Shown here: piece after piece, positions 1 through 9,504 of the stretch
Numbering within the stretch: position 1 is the stretch's first letter
Layout of the letters: every line of letters begins with the position of its first letter
Assembly: GCA_011052015.1 (NCBI GenBank)
Contig: DRJZ01000051.1
Span: 828 to 64,827, forward strand
Reading direction: 5' to 3'
Source: Acidiferrobacteraceae bacterium
Lineage (GTDB): Bacteria > Pseudomonadota > Gammaproteobacteria > HyVt-429
DNA length: 64,000 nucleotides
Translations under genes and position numbers: made by a program
Notes under the pieces: generated by a model
What the model was told of the DNA's origin: nothing
The model's database searches: none
What the model saw: only the letters and a program-made list of their open reading frames with translations

Positions 1-13
1 TGGCCATGTACAA

Positions 14-211
14 GTGGACAGCGTGGACCTGGGGGCCGGTGAAGGCGCTTTTGCCGATGGCCATAAAGTGGTTCGCGTGGAGGTGATTCCAGCCTTCATG
101 CTCCAGGACCTGTTTCCGCGACCCGGCCAACTTGACCCCAGAACCCTGAAATTACTCGGCACCCTCAAAGGCGAACTTAGCAACAAAAATGTTGAGTGTG
201 AAGTGAAGTAA
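14..211 (+). CDS. 3' end of an unidentified CDS (frame open to the left window edge)
   Basis: Reading frame open from position 2 to stop at 209-211; 65-aa tail has no family motif I recognise. Confidence 0.25.
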   Translation: MDSVDLGAGEGAFADGHKVVRVEVIPAFMLQDLFPRPGQLDPRTLKLLGTLKGELSNKNVECEVK

Positions 212-532
212 ACCTTTTCTCCCTCCCGCCTGCCCCTTCTTAAACTAATGGGTACGAAAGTTATCCGGCATAATCAACTCCCGCGACTCAGCACCACCCA
301 CACCTATTGGTCCAGCGAAACCATGACCAAAGCACTACAGGCGCCAAAACCCGTAGAATAATAGGACAGCACCGAAACAATAAACTGCTATCCCCTTAGC
401 GCACCCCCTCTTTCTGGATCCCGATATACCCTCTCAAAGGGGTGCTAAAATGGGCCCACCTGTGGGGAAAGGGGCAAATATAATTTCTTCTGGGTGTGAA
501 CTGGGTCACAGAATCACCACATCAAAAACGGT

Positions 533-1366
533 ATGGTAGCGGCTAACAGAAGATGGGAAGACATTGAAAGTCTTGACAAACGCGGGGAACATAAACAGCG
601 TCAAAACCCCACGTGGGATGGCAACGATGAGGGCACTAAGATGCATCTAACAAATGGCACTATCGATCCCAAGAGATCGTTGGCCTGGCGCCACGCCGTG
701 TCGGCACTAATCGTGACGCTGCTCAGCCTTGGCAGTTCTTCGGCCATAGCAGAATCGACCTCTATAGGGCGCGTCTTGACCGGAGACATTACAGCCACTG
801 GCAAAGATCGGCCAATACAGACCCGAAAAGTTGTCGGCGGTGAGGCATTTGTGAGTGGCGAGACCCTCACCACCCAAGATAAACACGCGGTGATCGGCTT
901 TAATGACGGCACCAAGATGACCCTGCGCGCTCACACCGAGTTGGTCATCACCTCATACCGCTATGGCTATGGCCAGGGTGAGGCCCTGTTCAGCCTGAAC
1001 AAAGGCGGCATAAGAGTTTCCACGGGCAAGATCGCAGAAAACAATCCATCAAAGTTTCGCGTTAGTACGCCCTACGGTGATCTTGCCCTGCCCGACCCCT
1101 ATGCCAAGGGTCTGGCCTGTGCCGAGGGATGCGACTACGACGCCGGTCGACCCAAGGGCCCTGACACCTCAGCCGGGCATGTGGCCTTTTGTAAAGGCAA
1201 AGTCACAATTACGCGGAAAGATCACCCCCCCACTGCAATCAAGGCCGGCGATCAACTTGAAAGGGGTAATACCATAGCGGTCGGTCGCAATGGGCTTGCG
1301 GTACTGGCACTCACCGATGGCCAGCGAAGAACCCTCAAGCCCAACGAAAGCTATACCATCAGATAG
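533..1366 (+). CDS. FecR-domain secreted protein
   Basis: Signal-peptide-like segment (SLAWRHAVSALIVTLLSLGSSSAIA) followed by a FecR-type beta-rich motif (VVGGEAFVSGETL...GTKMTLRAHTELVI...GEALFSLNKGGIRVSTGKI); probable true start at the internal ATG near 641 (MHLTNG...). Confidence 0.5.
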   Translation: MVAANRRWEDIESLDKRGEHKQRQNPTWDGNDEGTKMHLTNGTIDPKRSLAWRHAVSALIVTLLSLGSSSAIAESTSIGRVLTGDITATGKDRPIQTRKVVGGEAFVSGETLTTQDKHAVIGFNDGTKMTLRAHTELVITSYRYGYGQGEALFSLNKGGIRVSTGKIAENNPSKFRVSTPYGDLALPDPYAKGLACAEGCDYDAGRPKGPDTSAGHVAFCKGKVTITRKDHPPTAIKAGDQLERGNTIAVGRNGLAVLALTDGQRRTLKPNESYTIR

Positions 1367-1544
1367 GTTACCCGGTAGACGGAATGACCATGTTCGGTCG
1401 ACCTGGAAGGTTTCAACCTAAGCTTGGGCCGTGTCTAAATCTAATGGCCTTAAATCTACTCCATCTAATTGAGACCAACATTATTATCGAAATTACTGGC
1501 TTATGAAGTTAAAATAAAACAAAAATCTGGGAGGAGATCTTACT

Positions 1545-2690
1545 ATGGCGTCCAACCGCGACAAAGCGAAAAATATTAATCACTGCCACGCCATCATACT
1601 TGCACTTAGTCTAATAGCCTGGGGACATCCGGCATGGAGTCAAAGTGATGCCAAATACAGCGCACAAATATATAAAAAAAACTGTGCCGCCTGCCATGAC
1701 ACGGGTAATGCCGGTGCACCCCCTCTTAGTGATGCAGGCAATTGGGATAACCGTCTCAGTTGGCCCCGCTGGGTCACCAACCGGCGCGTGATTAATGGCT
1801 ATGGCACCATGCCCCCCCGTGGCGGCAATAATGCCCTGTCAGACCAAGACGTCAAGGATGCGGTGACCTACATGATCGCGCGTATAGAAGCGGGGCCACA
1901 AAAAGAAGCCGAAAACCCAAAAAAGACATCTCGCCGCAACAAAAATAAAGCAACGCCAAACAATGGCAAGTATCACAAACCACCGCAAAACCGGGAAACG
2001 CCCAAAGACAGCTACGGGGATGAGGTCCGCCTGGGCAAGAAGATTTTCACCCAAACCTACAAATATGCGCGTCGCTATGTCGGCAATGAAATGAGTTGTG
2101 CCAACTGTCACCTGGATGCGGGCCGCAAGCCCAATGCCGCCCCGATGTGGGCGGCCTATGGTATGTATCCCGCCTATCGACGCAAAAATGATCGCACCAA
2201 CACCCTGCAAGAACGCATCCAACAATGTTTCCGGTTTAGCTTAAACGGTATTTCACCGGCCCTGGACGCACCGGAACTACGCGCACTCACGAGCTATATG
2301 CATTTTATTTCCAAAGGTGTACCCGTAGGGGTAAACATGCCAGGACGCGGTTACCCGCAAATCAAAAAGACCGGATTTGACCCCAACCCCGCTCGAGGCG
2401 AAACGGTTTATAAAACCAGATGCACATCCTGTCATGGCTCGAACGGTAAAGGCAAAAATAGGCCCGGCGGAGGCTATATCTACCCTCCCCTCTGGGGCGG
2501 TGATTCATACAACAAAGCCGCCGACATGTATCAGATTAAACATCTGGCTGGGTTCATCAAGACCAACATGCCTAAAGATCAGGAAGGGTCTCTGAGCGAC
2601 CAGCAAGCCCTGGACGCCGCCGCCTATATCAACACCCAACTGCGGCCCGGGGACCCCCGTAAGGGCCTCATCCAGAGCCTGTTTGACTGA
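1545..2690 (+). CDS. tsdA: Triheme c-type cytochrome: N-terminal cytochrome c5-like domain fused to TsdA-like diheme thiosulfate dehydrogenase
   Basis: GGAGGAG RBS 7 nt before ATG 1545; signal peptide; three CXXCH motifs (CAACH, CANCH, CTSCH); c5-like N-domain (NCAACHD...GAPPL...GYGTMPPRGG...DVKDAVTYMI); C-terminal part has TsdA-like features (Cys 39 residues after first heme His, PPLWGGDSYNKAADM after second heme); stop TGA 2688-2690 overlaps next ATG. Confidence 0.6.
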   Translation: MASNRDKAKNINHCHAIILALSLIAWGHPAWSQSDAKYSAQIYKKNCAACHDTGNAGAPPLSDAGNWDNRLSWPRWVTNRRVINGYGTMPPRGGNNALSDQDVKDAVTYMIARIEAGPQKEAENPKKTSRRNKNKATPNNGKYHKPPQNRETPKDSYGDEVRLGKKIFTQTYKYARRYVGNEMSCANCHLDAGRKPNAAPMWAAYGMYPAYRRKNDRTNTLQERIQQCFRFSLNGISPALDAPELRALTSYMHFISKGVPVGVNMPGRGYPQIKKTGFDPNPARGETVYKTRCTSCHGSNGKGKNRPGGGYIYPPLWGGDSYNKAADMYQIKHLAGFIKTNMPKDQEGSLSDQQALDAAAYINTQLRPGDPRKGLIQSLFD

Positions 2691-5539
2691 TGAACGCCAT
2701 GACGCAAACTATGATGCAAAAATTCTTCCCCTTTATGCAGTGGCTACCCTCTCTTGGGCAGACCACCCTGCGCCCGGACATGGAGGCGGGGTTCGTCGGT
2801 GCGATTTTGATCCTGCCCCAGGCCATCGCCCTGGCCACCCTCGCCGGTATGCCTCCGGAGTACGGTATCTATACCAGCATCTTCCCGGTCATCATTGCCA
2901 TGTTTTGGGGGTCATCATGGCATACCCTGTCCGGGCCCAATACGGCAGTCTGTGTGCTGATTGCATCATCGGTGGCCCCCTTCGCCGCCATCGGCAGCGA
3001 ACAATATATTGGCTTTGTGCTCGCACTGACATTCATGGCCGGTGCAATACAGTTAGCGGTAGGAAGCCTGCGCTTAGGGGCCATACTCGATTTCGTGTCC
3101 CACACAGTAATCTCCGCCATTGTGCTGGCGGTGGGCCTGATCATCATTGTATTTGCGGCCAACGCCCTGCTGGGGGTGTTAAGCAATCTGGACGAACCCT
3201 TTTATATTCGGCTTCACCAGATCATCCACGATATCCCCCGGGCCAATGGCTATGCCCTGTTGGTGGGAGGGCTCACCATTATCTCCGGCTTGGTAGCACG
3301 GCATTACTGGCGACGTTACTCCCTGGTCATTGCCGTGGCCGTGGGCATGTTGTCGGCGGGGGTCATCAACCTGCTTATGGGCTCGGCCTCCAGCGAACTG
3401 GAACTGCTCGGTACCCTCAGCATATCTGCGTTACCCTTTTCCGCCCCCTCCTTCGACCTGGGTTCCATGGCGGTGCTCAAGGAACTGGTAGCCAGCGCCC
3501 TCTCTATCGCCTTTCTGGGCCTGATGCAGACCATCGTAATCTCGCGTTCCATTGCCGCCAAATCTGGTCAACTTATCGAGACCAACCAAGAGATTATTGG
3601 CCAGGGCCTGGCCAATCTGGTGGCGCCCTTTGTTTCCAGCTTCGCGGGCTCCGGTTCCTTCAATCGTAGCGCCGCACACTACGATGCCGGCGCCAAGACA
3701 CCCATGGCCGCAGTTTATGCGTCGCTCTTTTTGCTGTTAGTGGTGCTCATCGCCACCAAACTGATTGCCTACATCCCCCTGGCCGCTGTGGCCGGCGCCC
3801 TGATTTTAGTCGGCATCGGCCTCATTGATGTTAAAGAAATCAAACAGGTGTTGCGCTCACGCCAAGAAGCGGTCATCTTCTTTATGACCTTCATCAGCTC
3901 CCTGGTCCTGGGACTGAATGCCGGTGTCTTTATTGGCGTACTGCTATCACTGGTAATCTATCTTTGGTACGCCTCTACACCCAATATTGTACTCGAAGAA
4001 CAGACCGCTCGGGACGGGCGACGGGTGAACATCATCACCGTCGATGGCGGCCTGTTTTTTGGTTCGGTACGCCACGTTGAACGGGTGCTCGCAAATCTAG
4101 GCGAAAGAGACGGCTATGATGGCAATCTGATCATCAGAACAGACCATATGACCTACATGGATGTTCCTGGCGCGGCACTGATCGCTGCTGAGGCTAAACG
4201 GCGCCGACAGCACAATGGTCACTTGTATATCTTTGTTACCCAACAAAAAATATCGGATGCACTTGGTCAATCCACCTTCTTTGATGAATTTGGTAAGGAT
4301 CACATTATAGAACGCAATCAAGACCACCCTATGAAAGATGTGTTATACCCCTCAAGAATAAAAAAACCCGCCAGTAGCACACAGACTAATGGCTCTGAAA
4401 AAAAAACCAATTCCCTATCACAATCTCACTCTAAAGATTTAAATGAAACTGCGACATTGGCCTCAAGCTTACAAAACACAAAACTCTTTTCCTTGCTCAA
4501 TACAGAACAAATCGAAACTTTGCTTAAAGACTCACCTATACAACATGGCAACACCGGCACCATCATCACCGATCCCGAAACTCCCATGTCCGGACACTTT
4601 GTGTTGTTGGAGGGTCGCGTTGATATCGAGCGCCTGTGGTCACTCCCTAAAGGTGGCGCCAAACGTACTAGCAGTATCATGGACCCCAATCAGGAAAATT
4701 CGGGTATCGCTATTCTACAGGCTTCGGGTCATGGTGTGCGCATCACCGCTAATGGTGTGATCACCTACCTTTTTATTGACTGCGAAAAGTTTGACTCACT
4801 TTTGGGCTGGAACCAACAACTTGCCGATATGGCCGAAACTGACCCGGAAATATCACGCCGCATGTCCCTTATAAAACATGCCGCTCTATTCCGCCAGCTT
4901 CCCCTGGAAAACCTCAAACAGGCCCTACAAAGCATGACTCCCCGGGACGTAAAGGGAGGAGAAACCATTGTACGCCAAGGTGAAACCGGTACTAGCTATT
5001 TCTTGATTGAGAGCGGTGAAGCCGGTGTGTGGAAAAAAGACACCTTTAGCGATGATACGGTCTACGCCAATACCATCGCGCCTGCGGCGCGCTTGGGTCC
5101 GGGGGAAGGCTTTGGTGAAGAGGCCTTGTTACAAAATGGCTTTCGAAGCGCTACTGTAATGATGACCACGCCGGGCCGGTTACTGGTGATGGACAAGCAG
5201 CACTTTGACGCCCACATCCGACCCTCGTCCATTAAAATGATTAGTCCCAGCGAGGCCATCAGATTTATCAAGGATAGCAAGGTGCAGTGGCTCGACTGCC
5301 GGTACGATCTGGAATATTCCGAAGCCCACATCCCCAATGCCTTGCATGTACCGTTAGATCAACTAAGGGAACAGCTTGCAGGCCTTGATCGCACCAAGCC
5401 ATGCATCGTTTATAGCCGCAATGAGCGCCGCAGCCGTGCAGCTGCGTTTTTGCTCACGGAACATAACTTCAACATCAAGGTACTGAAAGGCGGAATTATG
5501 CATTGGCCTTACGATCTCGAAGATGGAAAAACCGGGTAA
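2690..5539 (+). CDS. SulP-family anion transporter with STAS domain fused to two cNMP-binding-like domains and a C-terminal rhodanese-homology domain (catalytic Cys replaced by Ser)
   Basis: N-terminal SulP permease hydrophobic core (EAGFVGAILILPQAIALATLAGMPPEYGIYTS...), STAS-like region (VNIITVDGGLFFGSVRHVERV...), S/T/K-rich linker, canonical cNMP phosphate-binding cassette (FGEEALLQNGFRSATV), rhodanese fold ending PCIVYSRNERRSRAAAF (Ser where the active-site Cys is expected). Confidence 0.8.
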   Translation: MNAMTQTMMQKFFPFMQWLPSLGQTTLRPDMEAGFVGAILILPQAIALATLAGMPPEYGIYTSIFPVIIAMFWGSSWHTLSGPNTAVCVLIASSVAPFAAIGSEQYIGFVLALTFMAGAIQLAVGSLRLGAILDFVSHTVISAIVLAVGLIIIVFAANALLGVLSNLDEPFYIRLHQIIHDIPRANGYALLVGGLTIISGLVARHYWRRYSLVIAVAVGMLSAGVINLLMGSASSELELLGTLSISALPFSAPSFDLGSMAVLKELVASALSIAFLGLMQTIVISRSIAAKSGQLIETNQEIIGQGLANLVAPFVSSFAGSGSFNRSAAHYDAGAKTPMAAVYASLFLLLVVLIATKLIAYIPLAAVAGALILVGIGLIDVKEIKQVLRSRQEAVIFFMTFISSLVLGLNAGVFIGVLLSLVIYLWYASTPNIVLEEQTARDGRRVNIITVDGGLFFGSVRHVERVLANLGERDGYDGNLIIRTDHMTYMDVPGAALIAAEAKRRRQHNGHLYIFVTQQKISDALGQSTFFDEFGKDHIIERNQDHPMKDVLYPSRIKKPASSTQTNGSEKKTNSLSQSHSKDLNETATLASSLQNTKLFSLLNTEQIETLLKDSPIQHGNTGTIITDPETPMSGHFVLLEGRVDIERLWSLPKGGAKRTSSIMDPNQENSGIAILQASGHGVRITANGVITYLFIDCEKFDSLLGWNQQLADMAETDPEISRRMSLIKHAALFRQLPLENLKQALQSMTPRDVKGGETIVRQGETGTSYFLIESGEAGVWKKDTFSDDTVYANTIAPAARLGPGEGFGEEALLQNGFRSATVMMTTPGRLLVMDKQHFDAHIRPSSIKMISPSEAIRFIKDSKVQWLDCRYDLEYSEAHIPNALHVPLDQLREQLAGLDRTKPCIVYSRNERRSRAAAFLLTEHNFNIKVLKGGIMHWPYDLEDGKTG

Positions 5540-5609
5540 GTTGAAGCCGGAGATTATTTGACACCATACTGAAGCAGCCTGGCATTAACAAAAAAAGGGG
5601 GCAACCCAG

Positions 5610-6704
5610 ATGAAAAAACTACTCAATCGACTCAAAGCGGAAAAGCTGTTTTCAATGCTGACCGAAAAACAGCTCCACACAGTCCTGGAACACAGCAAAA
5701 TCTGCAATGCCGAGGCCGGAGACGTGGTTTTCCCTCCTGACGAACCCATCACCCACTATCTCGTTATTGTTGATGGCGAACTTGGCTGTGAACGCCAATA
5801 CACCAACGCCGACGGCCAACAAGAATTCCGCCGCAGGGTACTGAAGGGCTGCGAGGCAGAGGGTGAGATCGCTGTACTCACCGCTGCGGGTCGCGGTTGC
5901 ACCGCGAGCGCCTTAACTCCTCTACGCTACATGCTGATCGAAGGCGATCTGATCGACGTATTTCTCGGCTGGAACCAGCAAGTGTCCCGCGCCATCGTCA
6001 ATGACCCTGAACTCACTCACCGCGCCAAGCTCGTTAAACAGGTCAACGTCTTTCATCAATTGCCCCTGGAAAACATCCAAGCGGCCTTCAAACGCATGTC
6101 AACAATTGAAGTGGGTGCCGGAAACACCGTGGTCAACGAGGGGGATTCCGGGGACTGCTACTATGTGATCGAAACCGGCACCGCAGAAGTATGGCGAACC
6201 GATCCCTTCACCGACGAAACCAAACTGGTTGCAGAATTTGGCCCTGGAGACGCCTTTGGGGAAGAGGCCTTGCTGCAAAATGCCCTGCGCAATGCCACCG
6301 TTAAAATGACATCGCCGGGGAGCTTGCTGGTACTCCAAAAATCCGACTTTGATGAATTGGTGCAACCCAAGTTTCTCCAGGAAGTCGAGGCCGATGTTGC
6401 CCGGGATATGGTCGATCAGGGCAAGGCAAAATGGCTGGACTGCCGGTACGAAATGGAATACGAAGAATCTCGCATACCCAATGCCCCCCTCATCCCCCTG
6501 GACCGCATTCGAGAAAACACCCATAAGCTGGATTCCGACTCCACCTACATCGTCTACTGCCGTAGCGGTCGGCGCAGCAAGGCAGGGGCATTCTTGCTGC
6601 GCGAGCGAAATATTAAGGCCCTGTCCATGATTGGAGGCATCGCTAACTGGCCTTTTGAAATCGATGCCGAAGCCATAGATTTAACCGATACCCACACCAC
6701 GTAA
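5610..6704 (+). CDS. Standalone tandem cNMP-binding-domain / rhodanese-domain protein (paralog of the C-terminal module of the upstream SulP fusion), active-site Cys present
   Basis: AAGGGGG RBS before ATG 5610; FGEEALLQNALRNATV phosphate-binding cassette; rhodanese loop YIVYCRSGRRSKAGAF (CRxGxR type); about 45-50% aa identity to residues ~600-949 of the 2690..5539 protein. Confidence 0.75.
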   Translation: MKKLLNRLKAEKLFSMLTEKQLHTVLEHSKICNAEAGDVVFPPDEPITHYLVIVDGELGCERQYTNADGQQEFRRRVLKGCEAEGEIAVLTAAGRGCTASALTPLRYMLIEGDLIDVFLGWNQQVSRAIVNDPELTHRAKLVKQVNVFHQLPLENIQAAFKRMSTIEVGAGNTVVNEGDSGDCYYVIETGTAEVWRTDPFTDETKLVAEFGPGDAFGEEALLQNALRNATVKMTSPGSLLVLQKSDFDELVQPKFLQEVEADVARDMVDQGKAKWLDCRYEMEYEESRIPNAPLIPLDRIRENTHKLDSDSTYIVYCRSGRRSKAGAFLLRERNIKALSMIGGIANWPFEIDAEAIDLTDTHTT

Positions 6705-6878
6705 CCCTGAGTCATTCGACCGCCTCATGGAAAAACTCTTTGCTCTACTGCTAATCAAAAGACACGAACGAGGCCATGTGCTCTATTTTGTGTTGGTCTA
6801 CCTATTGCTCGGGGTCGGTATGGCGCTGGGTCGGGGCACGGGAGTTGTCCGACAGTAAGCATGCAATTTAAGCCAGCG

Positions 6879-9275
6879 CTAGATTACAGCCGCACTATTG
6901 CTGCCTTTTTCCCGGAGTCGTGCAAAAGCGATGAAAGCCGCCATATAGATGACCAGCGCTATCAGAAATAATAATTTAAATCCGATATATAGCGTCAACA
7001 CAACGCTCAGGACTCCTCCAATTACGGTAAACAGACCGTTCATGCCCCATGCCCATGGTATGGCGCCTTTTGGTTGATCCTGGATCGCCAATATACCCAG
7101 AGGCAGAGGCATGCCCATGAATATACCCAGGGGAATTATCATTGCTAATGATATCCCGATCCTTATCCAGATGGGTTCTTGCAGGAACGTATTAAATATC
7201 CAATGGTACGAGAATAGAAAAACAATCCCTATTGTCGCTATTCCGATAAATGGCCAATACCATTTATTTTTAACATCGATACCCAATTTCTGGGCTGCCA
7301 GACTGCCTAGTCCTGCCGCCAAGAGTAATGCAAACACGACCGTCGAATAGGTGTAAAGTGGATACCCGATCAGCTTCATGAACATCTGGATAAACATTAA
7401 TTCGATAATGATGAATCCAGCCCCAAGACATGAGAAATAAATGAGAGTCGTGGTTTTGGAATTCCAATGCGCCCGCCCCGCACTTGAATAATAGAGAGGG
7501 GCAACAATAAATAACACGATAAATATTAATGATGCGTAGCTTGTGATCACCAGGTGGAATATTTCTCGTGGAATACCCAGTTTACTAAGTTGTGAATTTA
7601 ACAGCGACGCGGTTGAGTAATCCATGTAAACGCCGCTTCCAGGCATTATTTTCTCGGTACTCTTGCGGAGGAAGTTGAAGAACGGTCTATTGTCGGTAGA
7701 GGCGAAAATATTGAACGGACTTTTTTCTATCGTTTCGGGAGATAACCTGCCGCTAAAATACTCGTCTGGGAGATATCTATTTTCACCGGATAAAGGATCC
7801 TCAACCAACTCTCTCTTTGAAATGATGCTATTCATTTCCGTGACTTCTTTTTGTGTCCAGGGACTCATTTTGACCATAAATGTGGGTAGATTGTCCTGAA
7901 ACCCTTTTGTTTTGTTTTGATAAACCAAAACGTGTTGCCTGAAGCTCGTGTAACCCAGTTTTCTCCAGGCTGCGGCGGCAGTGGTAACCATGCGTGGATA
8001 TACATGGTGGTTTATTTGCAGGACGCCATCTTTCTTCAGGTGCCTGAAATACTCTATATAGGCTTCGACGGTCTGGAGATAGGTTGTCGCCATTGCTCCA
8101 TTGCCCGCCGCGATGCTTGAGCTTGTGTGGTTGCTGAATATCTGGATGATGTCGTATCTCTTATTTTCCGATCTCAGGAAGCTTCTACCTTCCCCTTTGA
8201 GGTAGTTCACATTAGGATGATTGTAGATTTGTCCATTGTATGACGCGTATTTCTTCTTACCCAGTTCCACGACATAACCGACCAGTTCGATGGCGTCGAT
8301 AGTGGCTGCACCATAGGTAAGCGCCGCTTTGACTTCCTGCCCACCGGCACTGCCGATGACGAGAACGTCCTGTTGGCTATCACGCTTGAGATAATGTGAT
8401 GCAATGACAGCCGGATGCGTAAATTGTTGCCGATAATTTGCCGGCAGCCCCTTGCGCAGTTTCTTAAAATTACCATCGAACTTGACGACAACACTTGTCT
8501 GTGACCCTCCGTCATATAGAATATCTTTTCTTGCTTCAAAACCCGCCACGTCTATCTTCGATACCGGATCCCAATGGGTCAATTCTATTTTTCCCAGTAA
8601 TCGTAGTGTCCTGATGTTCCGCTTATCGCCGTGCGCCTTAAATACGAAGTAATCGGCCGAAGACACAAAGGGTGCGACTATACATGCCGTACCAATAACT
8701 AGCGCCACGTTTCGCCATACAATGTGCTTCGCAAATAAGCCCGACGCGATAATGCAAATCCCACCCACCATAAACAATAGGCCACCTGGACCCACATATG
8801 GCAAAAATGGAATAATAGCAATGCTGCCGAGACCCGCACCGATCAGGTCCCAGAAATACAGCGTTCGGATATTCGATGCGTACTTGGAAAAAAGAATCGC
8901 AAATACACTGCCCGAGAAGAAGAACGGTAAGGCCAGCACAAAATATACTATAAGTATAAGAAACACACCCTTTTTCGGATCAGAGAATAAAATATCAAAA
9001 TCAAAGTCCAGGTAATTTAATACAGGAAGTATTACTATGCTGAAAACACCGAATGCAAAGGCCATCACAGATAATCTGAATGCCGGGTCCTTGTGTGCAG
9101 CCAGCGGCTTTAAAGATAAATATATACCTGCCAGGGCAAAGCAGAACAAGGCGAGTGTTATCACCATATACGCCATGTGCGGAGCCCACAGCGAATCAAA
9201 TATCTTAATTAAAGTTAGTTCCAGCATCAAGGTTGCGAAAGCAACCATGAACAGTGCAACCTTGGTTTTAATCAT
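6879..9275 (-). CDS. Fused MFS-like membrane domain / spermidine-synthase-like (PABS methyltransferase-fold) integral membrane protein
   Basis: Many predicted TM helices at both ends; central Rossmann/PABS-like motif (VLVIGSAGGQEVKAALTYGAATIDAIELVGYVVELGKKKY...YDIIQIF); markedly AT-rich codon usage relative to the neighbours. Confidence 0.5.
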   Translation of the reverse strand: MIKTKVALFMVAFATLMLELTLIKIFDSLWAPHMAYMVITLALFCFALAGIYLSLKPLAAHKDPAFRLSVMAFAFGVFSIVILPVLNYLDFDFDILFSDPKKGVFLILIVYFVLALPFFFSGSVFAILFSKYASNIRTLYFWDLIGAGLGSIAIIPFLPYVGPGGLLFMVGGICIIASGLFAKHIVWRNVALVIGTACIVAPFVSSADYFVFKAHGDKRNIRTLRLLGKIELTHWDPVSKIDVAGFEARKDILYDGGSQTSVVVKFDGNFKKLRKGLPANYRQQFTHPAVIASHYLKRDSQQDVLVIGSAGGQEVKAALTYGAATIDAIELVGYVVELGKKKYASYNGQIYNHPNVNYLKGEGRSFLRSENKRYDIIQIFSNHTSSSIAAGNGAMATTYLQTVEAYIEYFRHLKKDGVLQINHHVYPRMVTTAAAAWRKLGYTSFRQHVLVYQNKTKGFQDNLPTFMVKMSPWTQKEVTEMNSIISKRELVEDPLSGENRYLPDEYFSGRLSPETIEKSPFNIFASTDNRPFFNFLRKSTEKIMPGSGVYMDYSTASLLNSQLSKLGIPREIFHLVITSYASLIFIVLFIVAPLYYSSAGRAHWNSKTTTLIYFSCLGAGFIIIELMFIQMFMKLIGYPLYTYSTVVFALLLAAGLGSLAAQKLGIDVKNKWYWPFIGIATIGIVFLFSYHWIFNTFLQEPIWIRIGISLAMIIPLGIFMGMPLPLGILAIQDQPKGAIPWAWGMNGLFTVIGGVLSVVLTLYIGFKLLFLIALVIYMAAFIAFARLREKGSNSAAVI

Positions 9276-9504
9276 TCTCGCACCCTTCAGATAATAAATT
9301 CCTGATTATTTTTGTGCATTTTGAAACAATCTACGCCTACTTAATCAATGCCTGTCTCACAAGATCAAAGCCATATGACAGATAAAATTATTGGCGACGG
9401 AGTAATAAAAACTTCCTCTATCTCAATAAACTCGCTATGGTTTCCCCATAAATTTTCCTGAAGAGCCATAAAACATAACATGAATGATACTACAGACACG
9501 CTAT

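Noticed and set aside
212-532. Inverted GCACCCC...GGGGTGC motif in the 320-bp gap before the FecR-like gene
   Set aside because: Arms are short (7 bp) and about 35 nt apart with no other riboswitch-like features I can recognise; kept only as a note.
2683-3669. 328-aa His/Arg/Gly-rich ORF on + strand overlapping the start of the SulP gene in another frame
   Set aside because: It is an alternate-frame artefact of a GC-rich coding region; the SulP frame has clear transporter motifs and this one has none.
5062-6370. Minus-strand ORFs 5062-5337 and 6161-6370 with similar peptides
   Set aside because: They are shadow ORFs; their similarity only reflects the underlying duplication of the cNMP/rhodanese module and is used as evidence for it.
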